A DNA stretch of 64,000 nt from Minisyncoccota bacterium (GCA_041688155.1 JBDNIW010000001.1:7319-71318); one strand, 5' to 3'. Shown: positions 19,370-27,930, counted from the stretch's first letter. Translations and numbers: made by a program. Notes: a model not told the origin generated them from the letters alone.

Positions 19370-19535
19370 CGAGTACAAAAAAGAGCACACGCTAGTGTGC
19401 CTTTTTTGTTCGTACTCCCAAGAAAGCGGAGCTTTCGCCCAGGAATCCAAGAGATGGAATATAGCGCACGCAGCGAAGCGAGTACGATATGACATCTGTA
19501 CCGTTCATGTAATGAAAGATAGCCTAGTGGGAGTA
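19370..19535 (+). repeat. tRNA-Arg(GCG) trailer unit (166 nt)
   Basis: Hairpin, inverted copy TACTCCCA (19413-19420) and CCAGGAATC (19439-19447), direct copy CCTAGTGGGAGTA (19523-19535). Confidence 0.8.
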
Positions 19536-19595
19536 CAGGCAAGGATTTCAGCTGAATTCGCGCCGCTTTTGTACCCATGCTAAACTAGCTACACT

Positions 19596-20351
19596 ATGCG
19601 TATACTTGGGATTGATTTTGGGACTAAAAAAGTGGGGTTGGCGTTAACCGATGAGTCAGGATCGATGGCGTTTCCTCACAGTGTCATCCCAAACGACGCG
19701 GTGTTGCTTTCGACGGTCGTTGACCTGATTGCCGAGCAGCAGGTCACAGCAATCGTTATGGGGCACTCGCTTAATCTCGATGGTACTCCCAACGCGGTAC
19801 AGGCCCACATTGAAATGTTTATCGCTGACCTGACTGTACGGGTACCAATTCCGATTCATCTGGAGCCAGAGCAGCTCACCAGTAGGCAGGCCGCGACTAC
19901 AACTGGCCGTAATACGCAAACTGACGCAGCTGCTGCCGCTTTGATACTAGAAAGTTATCTCGCTAAACAAAAAAATATGCCCGTGCAATTAGCACTAGAC
20001 GAAGCGGTGGTGAAGATATCAAATGAAATCTCGTTTGAGCAATTCTCTGCGGTAGAAATTAGACTGGGGACGATCATAGCCGTAGAAATAGTCGAAGCTG
20101 CGGACAAACTCCTCAAACTGACAGTTGACCTGGGTGAACCTGAACCGCGGCAAATCGTGTCAGGCATCCGCGAGTACTACCCAGATGCACAAGTGTTGGT
20201 CGGGCTGCAGTGTCCGTTTATTGCCAACCTAGCACCGCGCCAGATCAAAGGCTTTGTCAGTCAGGGTATGATCCTCGCTGGTGCAGTTGACGACACGTTT
20301 GCGTTACTCAACCCATCGACACACCTGCCAGCTGGTACTCGTCTCTATTAA
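19596..20351 (+). CDS. YqgF/RuvX nuclease fused to an OB-fold tRNA-binding (Trbp111/CsaA/MetG-C) domain
   Basis: ILGIDFGTKKVGLA...DAAAAALIL continues in frame into ADKLLKLTVDLG..RQIVSGI..NLAPR..SQGM. Confidence 0.85.
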   Translation: MRILGIDFGTKKVGLALTDESGSMAFPHSVIPNDAVLLSTVVDLIAEQQVTAIVMGHSLNLDGTPNAVQAHIEMFIADLTVRVPIPIHLEPEQLTSRQAATTTGRNTQTDAAAAALILESYLAKQKNMPVQLALDEAVVKISNEISFEQFSAVEIRLGTIIAVEIVEAADKLLKLTVDLGEPEPRQIVSGIREYYPDAQVLVGLQCPFIANLAPRQIKGFVSQGMILAGAVDDTFALLNPSTHLPAGTRLY

Positions 20352-20352
20352 T

Positions 20353-20964
20353 ATGAATGAACCATCAGTTCTTGATACCCAGGTTGAGAAAGTGCTCAAT
20401 ACCAGGACAGTCACCCGGGCGCAGTCACTGATGCAATCTCGCTCGGGTTTGTGGCTGATTGTCATCGTTTCTTTTATTGAGTCAGCGTTACCTCTGCCAA
20501 TCATTACCGACCCTTTTATGGTGGCCGGTATATTAGCCAACCGCAGCCGGGCGGCTTTGATTGTGGGTATTACGCTAGTCACGTCGGTGCTAGGTGGGGT
20601 GGTCGCGTTTATCATGGCTCGCTACTTTTTTAATCTACTTGAAGCCATGATGACTAGCAACATGCTGGCTCAGTTTCAAACTTTGATTGCGATGGATTCT
20701 TCCAACACCCTAGTGGTAACACTCGTTGGTGCCGTTACTCCAATTCCGTACACCGTTACAGCTTGGGTGGTTGCGGTTGGGGAGGGTAGCCTAATACTGT
20801 TTATCGTCGCGTCAATTATTGGTCGGGGGATTAGGTATAGCATCGTTGGAGTGTGTACGTACTGGTTTGGTTTGCGTGCGCTGACCTATGCCCGTCGCTC
20901 GCTGGGAGTTACCTCAGTGGTGTTAGCTGGGCTAGTGGTCGCCTACGTCTGGTACAAACTGTGA
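20353..20964 (+). CDS. YqaA/DedA (VTT) family membrane protein
   Basis: SFIES..PI..D, SVLGG, TPIPY, GRGIRY. Confidence 0.82.
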   Translation: MNEPSVLDTQVEKVLNTRTVTRAQSLMQSRSGLWLIVIVSFIESALPLPIITDPFMVAGILANRSRAALIVGITLVTSVLGGVVAFIMARYFFNLLEAMMTSNMLAQFQTLIAMDSSNTLVVTLVGAVTPIPYTVTAWVVAVGEGSLILFIVASIIGRGIRYSIVGVCTYWFGLRALTYARRSLGVTSVVLAGLVVAYVWYKL

Positions 20965-21016
20965 GTTGTAGCTACTGCGTTGTGGTTAGAGAACGCGTAT
21001 ACTGTCGTCACACACC

Positions 21017-22105
21017 ATGTTCACCAAGCTGTTCACCCCTTCAGTACCTCCATACATAAAACTCCCGAGCATCGGGTTGGATATTTCTGACACGTCTTTG
21101 AAATACGTGTCACTCGAACCAGCACAAGCAGGGCAGTACTCACTTGAAAACTGGGGAGACATCACCATTCCAAATGACGTGCTGCACCGAGGAGAGGTCA
21201 TAGATATCAAACAACTCACCACGGTACTAGCAGAATGCAAAGCAAAAACAGGAGCAGAGTTTGTACGGGTGTCACTGCCAGAAGAACGAGCGTATCTGTT
21301 TGAAACTGAAATCAAACGCAGCACTCCGATGAAAGAATTGCGCAGCCTGCTCGAATTTCGCTTGGCCGAAAATGTTCCGATCCCCGCTCGCGACGTGTTT
21401 TTTGATTACGCAATCCTACCGTTCTCGAGTGAGACAGACCGGACGATGCACGTGGCCGTGACCGCCTATACTAAAGAAACCGTGCAGGCGTACTACGAGG
21501 CGTGTCTCGCCGCAGGGCTACAACCGTTGGCATTTGAAGTCGAGGCACAAGCCATGGCGCGCGCCGTTATACCGGCAGACATAGAAGGAGCGGTGATGCT
21601 GGTTGATTTTGGTAAAACCCGAACTGGGATTGGTATCGTTTATAAAAACACGCTGCTCTATACTTCAACCATCGATATTGGTGGAGATCAGCTGTCGACG
21701 GCACTGCGTAAACAATTAGGTAATAAAACCGAAAAGGAGTTAACGCACTTAAAGAATACTGAAGGACTCATATGTGGTGCCGAGTCATCGCAGGTGCACG
21801 ATGCGGTGATCACAACCATGTCAGTCATCAAAGACGAACTCGCGACGCGGATTCAGTACTGGCACGTCCGGACTGGCTCCGAAGAAAAACGTCGCCTGCA
21901 AAAGATAATTCTGTGTGGTGGTAGTGCAAACCTCAAGGGTTTGCCGGCATACCTCGCTGAGTCACTTGGTATAGAAATCGAGTTGGGTAATGTCTGGACA
22001 AATACTTTTTCGTTGGATGAATTTATTCCTCCGATTGACCAGCGGCACTCGTACGGATACGCCACCGCGGTGGGTCTTGCTCTAGCTTCCGATATACATA
22101 TATGA
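21017..22105 (+). CDS. pilM: Type IV pilus assembly protein PilM
   Basis: GLDISD, VDFG, CGGSANL, YATAVGLA actin-like ATPase motifs. Confidence 0.88.
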   Translation: MFTKLFTPSVPPYIKLPSIGLDISDTSLKYVSLEPAQAGQYSLENWGDITIPNDVLHRGEVIDIKQLTTVLAECKAKTGAEFVRVSLPEERAYLFETEIKRSTPMKELRSLLEFRLAENVPIPARDVFFDYAILPFSSETDRTMHVAVTAYTKETVQAYYEACLAAGLQPLAFEVEAQAMARAVIPADIEGAVMLVDFGKTRTGIGIVYKNTLLYTSTIDIGGDQLSTALRKQLGNKTEKELTHLKNTEGLICGAESSQVHDAVITTMSVIKDELATRIQYWHVRTGSEEKRRLQKIILCGGSANLKGLPAYLAESLGIEIELGNVWTNTFSLDEFIPPIDQRHSYGYATAVGLALASDIHI

Positions 22106-22644
22106 CCAATCTCATTCCCCCAGAAGCAAAAACTGAACTTGTCCGACTGTATTGGATCCGGATGGTGAGTGTGTGGGCGCTGCTCTGGTCGGTGTTATTG
22201 TTGGTGGGTGCGCTGCTACTGTACCCAACGTATCTGTTGTTAACTGGAACCAGTGCAGCTTATGTTGAGACGGTTGCATCAGTATCAGAACGAACTGAGG
22301 TGTTTGACCTAATGGTTGAGGATCTCAATCGTTCCAGCCAAGAAGCAAAAACAATTGTTCAAGCTGCAGGCAAAGTGTCTTTATCTACATTGTTGCAAGA
22401 CATGTGGTCGGTTAACGGAGGGGGTATTGATATTGTGGGTGTGCAAATGGCTCGAGACGTCGATGGTATTACCCCGATTGGAATAACCGGTGAGGCCGTT
22501 GACCGCCAGTCGCTGGCACTGTTTCGCGATAGACTCGAGGCTCTACCTTATGTCACCAAAGTAAATCTACCGATTGAAAATCTAGCGGAGAATCAAGACA
22601 TTACTTTTAGCATCCTGGTTACCATTAACTCTGACAATCTATGA
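22102..22644 (+). CDS. PilN-like protein
   Basis: NLIP N-terminal motif, TM helix, ITGEA; overlaps pilM stop. Confidence 0.7.
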   Translation: MTNLIPPEAKTELVRLYWIRMVSVWALLWSVLLLVGALLLYPTYLLLTGTSAAYVETVASVSERTEVFDLMVEDLNRSSQEAKTIVQAAGKVSLSTLLQDMWSVNGGGIDIVGVQMARDVDGITPIGITGEAVDRQSLALFRDRLEALPYVTKVNLPIENLAENQDITFSILVTINSDNL

Positions 22645-23171
22645 TCAGCCAAAAAACAAAACGTGTCGCGGTGTTGTCTGGAGTGGTTTTTGTAGGGATG
22701 TGTGTCTTTGTCGCTTTTGCAGTCCGCATGATTATGCTGGAATCAGTAGTTTTGTCAGAACAGGTCGCCGCCATTGCGGTCGACCAATCCCAGCAAGTGG
22801 CGTTCACTCGCCTAGAGAAACTAGTGCAAGCAACAGCGGGTGAGCGGTCTGAGCTTCGATCATTTTTCTTAGAGTCTCAGTCAGATAGTATTGATTTTTT
22901 GAACTATATTGAACAGCTTGCAACCGAACGTGGAGTTGCGCTTGAGACAACTAATCCAAAAGAGATTGAGGTCGAAGGTAAAACCTTCCTCTCGGTAGAG
23001 TATTCACTGGAGGGTAGTCTAGGTCAAGTTGAAGGATTTATTCAGTTGCTGGAAAATATCCCGTACGTATCACAACTGACAGCGGTACAGCTTAGGCGCG
23101 GGTCAAGTTTGGTGTGGCAGGCTGATATTATCATTGACGTAGCTGTTTTAACTTATGAACCAATCCTCTAA
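22641..23171 (+). CDS. PilO-like protein
   Basis: N-terminal TM, FIQLLENIPY; third gene of the pil operon. Confidence 0.65.
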   Translation: MISQKTKRVAVLSGVVFVGMCVFVAFAVRMIMLESVVLSEQVAAIAVDQSQQVAFTRLEKLVQATAGERSELRSFFLESQSDSIDFLNYIEQLATERGVALETTNPKEIEVEGKTFLSVEYSLEGSLGQVEGFIQLLENIPYVSQLTAVQLRRGSSLVWQADIIIDVAVLTYEPIL

Positions 23172-23616
23172 ACAACTCAAAGCGATGGCACATAGGCTAT
23201 TTACAGCCCGGCCCGGAGTAGCACTAGTCAAAACGCTACACCCCAAACGAGACTGGATGGTTGGGCTGCTGGTAGGTATTTGCATCGCAACCACTATTGT
23301 TGGTTGGAGCAGGTACACGTACGTAGTAAATCGTGACGGTGGTACAACAAACCAAGAAATAGAGATTGCCAACCCAACCTATAAGGCAGTATTGGTTGAC
23401 CAAGCTCTGACAATTTTTCAAACCCGAGCAGCTAATTTTGTAAACACTGATCTACCAACGGTAGCTCCTATTGAGGCACCAATGGTTGAGCTGGAAACTG
23501 GGACTTCTTCTGCCATTACACCGGTCGATACGCAAAACCAAGAGCTGCAGATAGAAACAGTTGAGTCGCCAGTAGAGCAAGAGCAGATTTCAGAAACTCC
23601 AACGCTAAGTTGGTAG
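23155..23616 (+). CDS. Hypothetical membrane-anchored protein (pil operon)
   Basis: PKRDW then TM helix, low-complexity tail; overlaps upstream gene. Confidence 0.65.
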   Translation: MNQSSKQLKAMAHRLFTARPGVALVKTLHPKRDWMVGLLVGICIATTIVGWSRYTYVVNRDGGTTNQEIEIANPTYKAVLVDQALTIFQTRAANFVNTDLPTVAPIEAPMVELETGTSSAITPVDTQNQELQIETVESPVEQEQISETPTLSW

Positions 23617-23617
23617 T

Positions 23618-24036
23618 TGGTGTCCCCACTAGGAGTCGGTCACCTTCACAGCAATAGTTTGTTCGACTGGTGGTCTCTAAACTATTGTGCTACGCGACCC
23701 CGCCGCTCGTAACGTCCTCCCTGCGGTCCGGGCGATGTACTCGCTCTTTTCGACTCCTAGCCGAAAGCGTTGCTTTCTTGGAGACACGAACAAAAATGGC
23801 ACACTCACGTGTGCCATTTTTGTACTCGTGTCCCCACTAGGAGTCGGTCACCTGCGCAGCAATAGTTTGTTCGACCGGTGGTCTCCAACCTATTGTGCTA
23901 CGCGACCCCGCCGCTCGTAACGTCCTCCCTGTGGTCCGGGCGATAAACTCGCTCTTTTCGACTCCTAGCCGAAAGCGCTGCTTTCTTGGAGGCACGAACA
24001 AAAATGGCACACTCACGTGTGCCATTTTTGTACTCG
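23618..24036 (-). repeat. tRNA-Arg(UCU) trailer array: two 208-nt tandem units
   Basis: TGTCCCCACTAGGAGTCG at 23621, 23829 and 24037 (tRNA); units nearly identical. Confidence 0.92.
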
Positions 24037-24108
24037 TGTCCCCACTAGGAGTCGAACCCAGATCAAAAGGATAGAAGCCTCTCGTTTTATCCATTAAACT
24101 ATAGGGAC
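24037..24108 (-). tRNA. tRNA-Arg(UCU)
   Basis: GTCCCTATAGTTTAATGGATAAAAC, AGAGG-CTTCTAT-CCTTT, GGTTCGACTCC. Confidence 0.92.
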
Positions 24109-24231
24109 AAATAACGGTAGCGTTATTTGTACTGAGTACAATACCAGAAATTAAGCAGAGAGAAAGCAGAAGAAGCGCGCTCTGATACAAGTATCAATAT
24201 GAGCGCGCTTTAGGGGCGTTTTCTCAGTTGG

Positions 24232-24363
24232 TTAAAACATAGCCCAATCAGTGAAAACGACAGTGTCTGGTTCTGGTGGCAGCGGTGGGTCTGCTGGATC
24301 CGGGACGGAACTTGGAGCTGCGGGTTGCTCTACCTCGACTGCGGGTGGTTTTGGCTGTTCCAT
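24232..24363 (-). CDS. Small Pro-rich protein (43 aa)
   Basis: AGGAG shortly before ATG; MEQPKPP...VVFTDWAMF. Confidence 0.5.
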   Translation of the reverse strand: MEQPKPPAVEVEQPAAPSSVPDPADPPLPPEPDTVVFTDWAMF

Positions 24364-24460
24364 AACAGCGCTCCTGTGCTTGGCGCTACGTTGTACGTAG
24401 CATACTCGTAAAATACGTTTGCAGACGCACCTCGTCAATTGAGTTATAAACAGTTGATTA

Positions 24461-25096
24461 TTATTTGGTCGGGTCGGTAATTGGAATCAGGATTTCATTC
24501 CGCCTAGTCAGTGGCATTGAGAGTGGGGGATTGTATTGCGCTACCTGGGCTGGGGCGCTGATGATGTAGCCGTCAGTGGTAATAAGTTCTTCGAGTAGAG
24601 CTTTTTTTGCCTCAACGCGACTCTCTGTTGCATACCAAGTAAACCTCAGCGCAGCGACCGTTGTAGCCGACACTTCTCGCAGGGTGACTTGTGGATTATT
24701 TGGAGTTGGGAGGGTATCTAGAGTATATTTTGACGGTAAGACAAACGACACGTTCCGGTTCAGCGACTCTCCAACCGTGGTTGCAACCGGCACGGTCATG
24801 GCGATCTTTTCGGATGTTGTTTCAAGAACAGGGGCAGTCATTGAAATACTGGTTTTGCTCGTATTGTTCCCAAAAATATAATCAGCGATTAATCTAAACC
24901 CACCACCAAGTGCCTCTTGATACGTACCAGTGATTTCGGTTTCGGCCACGATGTACGAATCGTACTGGCGGATCTCGTAGCCCACCCGTCGCTCCAGCAC
25001 AGTGTACGAGGGCTCTTCTATATTCCTAATAGCAAGGTAGCTGCCAATGGTCCACAGGGCAAGCGCAGCGAGTAGTCCAAATGCGAGGTAGTACAT
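24461..25096 (-). CDS. SOUL heme-binding family protein
   Basis: EEPSY, YEIRQY, GFRLIADYIFGNN, ISMTAPV, YNPP..RRNEI. Confidence 0.92.
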   Translation of the reverse strand: MYYLAFGLLAALALWTIGSYLAIRNIEEPSYTVLERRVGYEIRQYDSYIVAETEITGTYQEALGGGFRLIADYIFGNNTSKTSISMTAPVLETTSEKIAMTVPVATTVGESLNRNVSFVLPSKYTLDTLPTPNNPQVTLREVSATTVAALRFTWYATESRVEAKKALLEELITTDGYIISAPAQVAQYNPPLSMPLTRRNEILIPITDPTK

Positions 25097-25150
25097 GTCA
25101 GTAGTGTACGCCTGTGCAACCCAAAAGAAAACCCGCAAGCGGGTTTATTC

Positions 25151-25747
25151 TGTGCGCGCAAAGAGACTCGGCCACCTTCGCATCAATTCTTTGTTCGACC
25201 GACGGTCTCCAAACTATTGTGCTACTCGACCCCGCCGCTCGCAGACGTCCTCCCTGCGGTCCGGGCGATATACTCGCTCTTTTCGAGTCTCTACGGAAGT
25301 AAAACAATGCTCATCTGAATTCGGAGTACCTCGTGGTCACGAATCGCAAACTATAATCCTGGATTTTATGCAGATTCTAGAAAGCGTTCTCGACCCCGAC
25401 TCGACTGTTTTCTCCCTTGGAAAGGGGAGAAAGACATGTCTCCGTCTCGCACCAAGGCACAGGACTGAAACTTTTCAGTCCCTAAAACCAAACACGTCTC
25501 ACATGAGACGTGTTTTGTTTTACCTTGGTGCGCGCTCTGAGACCCGGTCACCTTCGCATCAATATTTCGTTCGACCTACGGTCTCCAAACTATTGTGCTA
25601 CGCGACCCCGACACTCGAATCGTCCTCCCTGCGGTCCGGGCGATATACTCGCTCTTTTCGAGTCTCTACGGAAGTAACTTTGGTTACTTCCTCAGCGCGC
25701 ACGAATAAAAATTGCCCACACTGCGTGTGGGCTAATTTTTATACTCG
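25151..25747 (-). repeat. tRNA-Val trailer array: two related units separated by a different module
   Basis: TGCGCGC..GAGAC copies at 25153, 25529 and 25748 (tRNA); core shared with the Arg(UCU) units. Confidence 0.88.
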
Positions 25748-25820
25748 TGCGCGCTGAGAGACTCGAACTCCCGACATCTTCAGTGTAAATGAAGCGCTCT
25801 ACCAACTGAGCTAAGCGCGC
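25748..25820 (-). tRNA. tRNA-Val(UAC)
   Basis: GCGCGCTTAGCTCAGTTGGTAGAGC, CTTCA-TTTACAC-TGAAG, GTTCGAGTC. Confidence 0.94.
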
Positions 25821-25937
25821 GAATTAGGTTGGATGCAAATACTGCTCGTGAGCGGATATTTGTAGGCACTATCGTACCTAATTTTGGAGAAAAGACAAGC
25901 GGCCTACCTTTTGAGGGTAGGCCGCAGAGCGGTCATT

Positions 25938-26096
25938 TCATCGCTTGACCGCTTGTGGTGGTTGACGTCGACACACACCAACATTCCTGTCCTTGACGGT
26001 TTTCCCCCGCTTGGGTTTTGGTTGCTCTTCACGCACTGCAGCAGCTTGCTTTTTTGCTGCTCTATCGGCGTCGTCTGGAGTCCAGTCTTTAGGCAT
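25938..26096 (-). CDS. Small basic hypothetical protein (52 aa)
   Basis: Manual translation MPKDWTPDDADRAAKKQ...QAVKR; GAGGAG upstream. Confidence 0.45.
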   Translation of the reverse strand: MPKDWTPDDADRAAKKQAAAVREEQPKPKRGKTVKDRNVGVCRRQPPQAVKR

Positions 26097-26183
26097 ACGC
26101 GTATCGCTCCTCTGTTTGTACTAAGTTACTATTTGTCTCTTTATAATTCGTTTTGCAAAAAAATGCAAGGTATACTGCTGCGT

Positions 26184-26456
26184 ATGATTAGAATGGAAGC
26201 TATTATTAGTGGGGAGGTGCAGAATGTTCGGTATCGGGTGTTTGTGCAGGATGCGGCTACCCAGCTGGATCTGGTTGGGTTGGTGAAAAATCTACCCAAC
26301 GGCACGGTGCGAGTGGTGGCGGAGGGACCGCCTGATGTCCTCAAAGCATTAGTCGAATATCTGCACGAAGGGTCGCTGCAGGCCAAGGTTGATAGTGTCG
26401 CTATCGAATGGCAGACCGCCACCAGAACTTTTGACGAGTTCTCTGTGTTACAGTAG
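26184..26456 (+). CDS. acyP: Acylphosphatase
   Basis: GEVQNVRYR, GLVKNLPNGTVRVVAEG. Confidence 0.9.
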   Translation: MIRMEAIISGEVQNVRYRVFVQDAATQLDLVGLVKNLPNGTVRVVAEGPPDVLKALVEYLHEGSLQAKVDSVAIEWQTATRTFDEFSVLQ

Positions 26457-26468
26457 GCAACAATTACT

Positions 26469-27176
26469 ATGGCAGAACAAAAATTACCACAGTGTCTCGG
26501 GTTCATTATGGATGGGAATCGTCGCTGGGCGACCGACCAAGACCTGCCTACCTACGAAGGCCACAAGCAAGGCGGTGAAGTTCTGCGGACCTGTATGGAA
26601 TGGCTGCGCGAGGCCGGTATCCCGCACGCGGTGTTCTACGCGTTCTCGACTGAGAATTGGAACCGCCCCGAAGCGGAGGTGACGTACCTGATGGATCTGT
26701 TCCGTCAGTGGCTGACAGAAATAAACGACAAAATCCATGGAGAAGGTGTGCCTGATCGCGAACGGATCAAAGTGCGTCTGGTCGGCCGCCGGGAAGATTT
26801 TGCTCCTGATATTGTGGAGCAGATGAATCGACTCGAAGCGGAGAGTCTGGAATACACAAAAGCCACTACTACTGTCTGGATTGCGTTGTCATACGGTGGA
26901 CGGGCGGAAATAGTCGCTGCGGTCAATCAAGCAATAACCAATGGTGAGCCGGTAGACGAAGCCTCGTTTGAGGCGCTGCTGCAAACCGCTGACATGCCCG
27001 ACCCGGACCTGATTATCCGTACTAGCGGTGAACAACGACTATCAAATTTTATGACGTGGAAATCGGTGTACAGCGAACTGTATTTTATCAAAAAACATTG
27101 GCCAGCATTGACTCGGGACGATTTTAACGACATACTCGACGAATATGGCAGACGCATCCGCCGCAATGGCAAATAA
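26469..27176 (+). CDS. uppS: Undecaprenyl diphosphate synthase
   Basis: IMDGNRRWA, FSTENWNR, YGGR, IRTSGEQRLSNF. Confidence 0.96.
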   Translation: MAEQKLPQCLGFIMDGNRRWATDQDLPTYEGHKQGGEVLRTCMEWLREAGIPHAVFYAFSTENWNRPEAEVTYLMDLFRQWLTEINDKIHGEGVPDRERIKVRLVGRREDFAPDIVEQMNRLEAESLEYTKATTTVWIALSYGGRAEIVAAVNQAITNGEPVDEASFEALLQTADMPDPDLIIRTSGEQRLSNFMTWKSVYSELYFIKKHWPALTRDDFNDILDEYGRRIRRNGK

Positions 27177-27930
27177 TGACACCACCAACCTCATCCCAGA
27201 CGTCCTATTTGAAACGGATGAGGTATTAGTGATTAACAAACCATACGGTTTGCTCGTGCACGCTGATGGTAAGTCACCTGATAGCACAGTGGTTGATTGG
27301 TTCCTTGAGCTGTATCCAGACGCCCACGGTGTGGGTGAGCCGGCAACCGACCGAGCGGGTAATACACTGGAGCGATCAGGCGTCGTACACCGGCTTGATC
27401 GTGATACCTCGGGGGTAATGATTTTGGCCAAAACCCAGTCCGCCTACGAACACCTCAAGCAACAATTCCAAGACCGCCTAGTGCACAAAGAATACCGAGC
27501 ACTGGTATACGGCCGGATTAACGACCGCTGGGGCACCATCAACCGTCCGATTGGACGCAGCGCCAAAGATCACCGGCGTCGCTCAGCTGAGCGCGGCGCC
27601 AAGGGCGTCCTGCGCGAAGCCATCACCGAGTTTGAACGCATCGGGATGGGTGAGTACAAAGACGAACCGTTCGCCTACGTCAAATTATTCCCTAAAACTG
27701 GTCGCACCCATCAACTGCGCGCCCACATGCGGGCAGTCGACCGACCGATTGTGGGCGATACGCTGTATGCCGCTCATCTGGCGGAGCGGTCCAACCACCT
27801 CGACATCAACCGCATGGCCCTGCACGCCCATGTGCTTGAACTGGTATTGCCAGGTGGTGACACCGAGCGCTTTATCGCTCCTGTGCCGATTGCAATCGAA
27901 GAAGCGGCCGAACGTATTGCGTCCGACTAG
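27166..27930 (+). CDS. RluA-family pseudouridine synthase
   Basis: INKPYG, VHRLDRDTSG, TGRTHQLR, PIVGD. Confidence 0.93.
   Translation: MANNDTTNLIPDVLFETDEVLVINKPYGLLVHADGKSPDSTVVDWFLELYPDAHGVGEPATDRAGNTLERSGVVHRLDRDTSGVMILAKTQSAYEHLKQQFQDRLVHKEYRALVYGRINDRWGTINRPIGRSAKDHRRRSAERGAKGVLREAITEFERIGMGEYKDEPFAYVKLFPKTGRTHQLRAHMRAVDRPIVGDTLYAAHLAERSNHLDINRMALHAHVLELVLPGGDTERFIAPVPIAIEEAAERIASD

Noticed and set aside
23618-24036. CRISPR array
   Set aside because: Period is 208 nt with near-identical interiors, repeats are tRNA-derived, and no cas genes are in the window
12125-25747. Prophage or genomic island att sites at the tRNAs
   Set aside because: Direct copies are only 165-220 nt apart, no integrase is present, and att duplication does not explain the inverted arms
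23687-25757. ORFs 23687-23920, 23837-24190, 25095-25757 and 25098-25307 as proteins
   Set aside because: They are translations of the tRNA trailer repeats or tRNA genes, with no protein motifs
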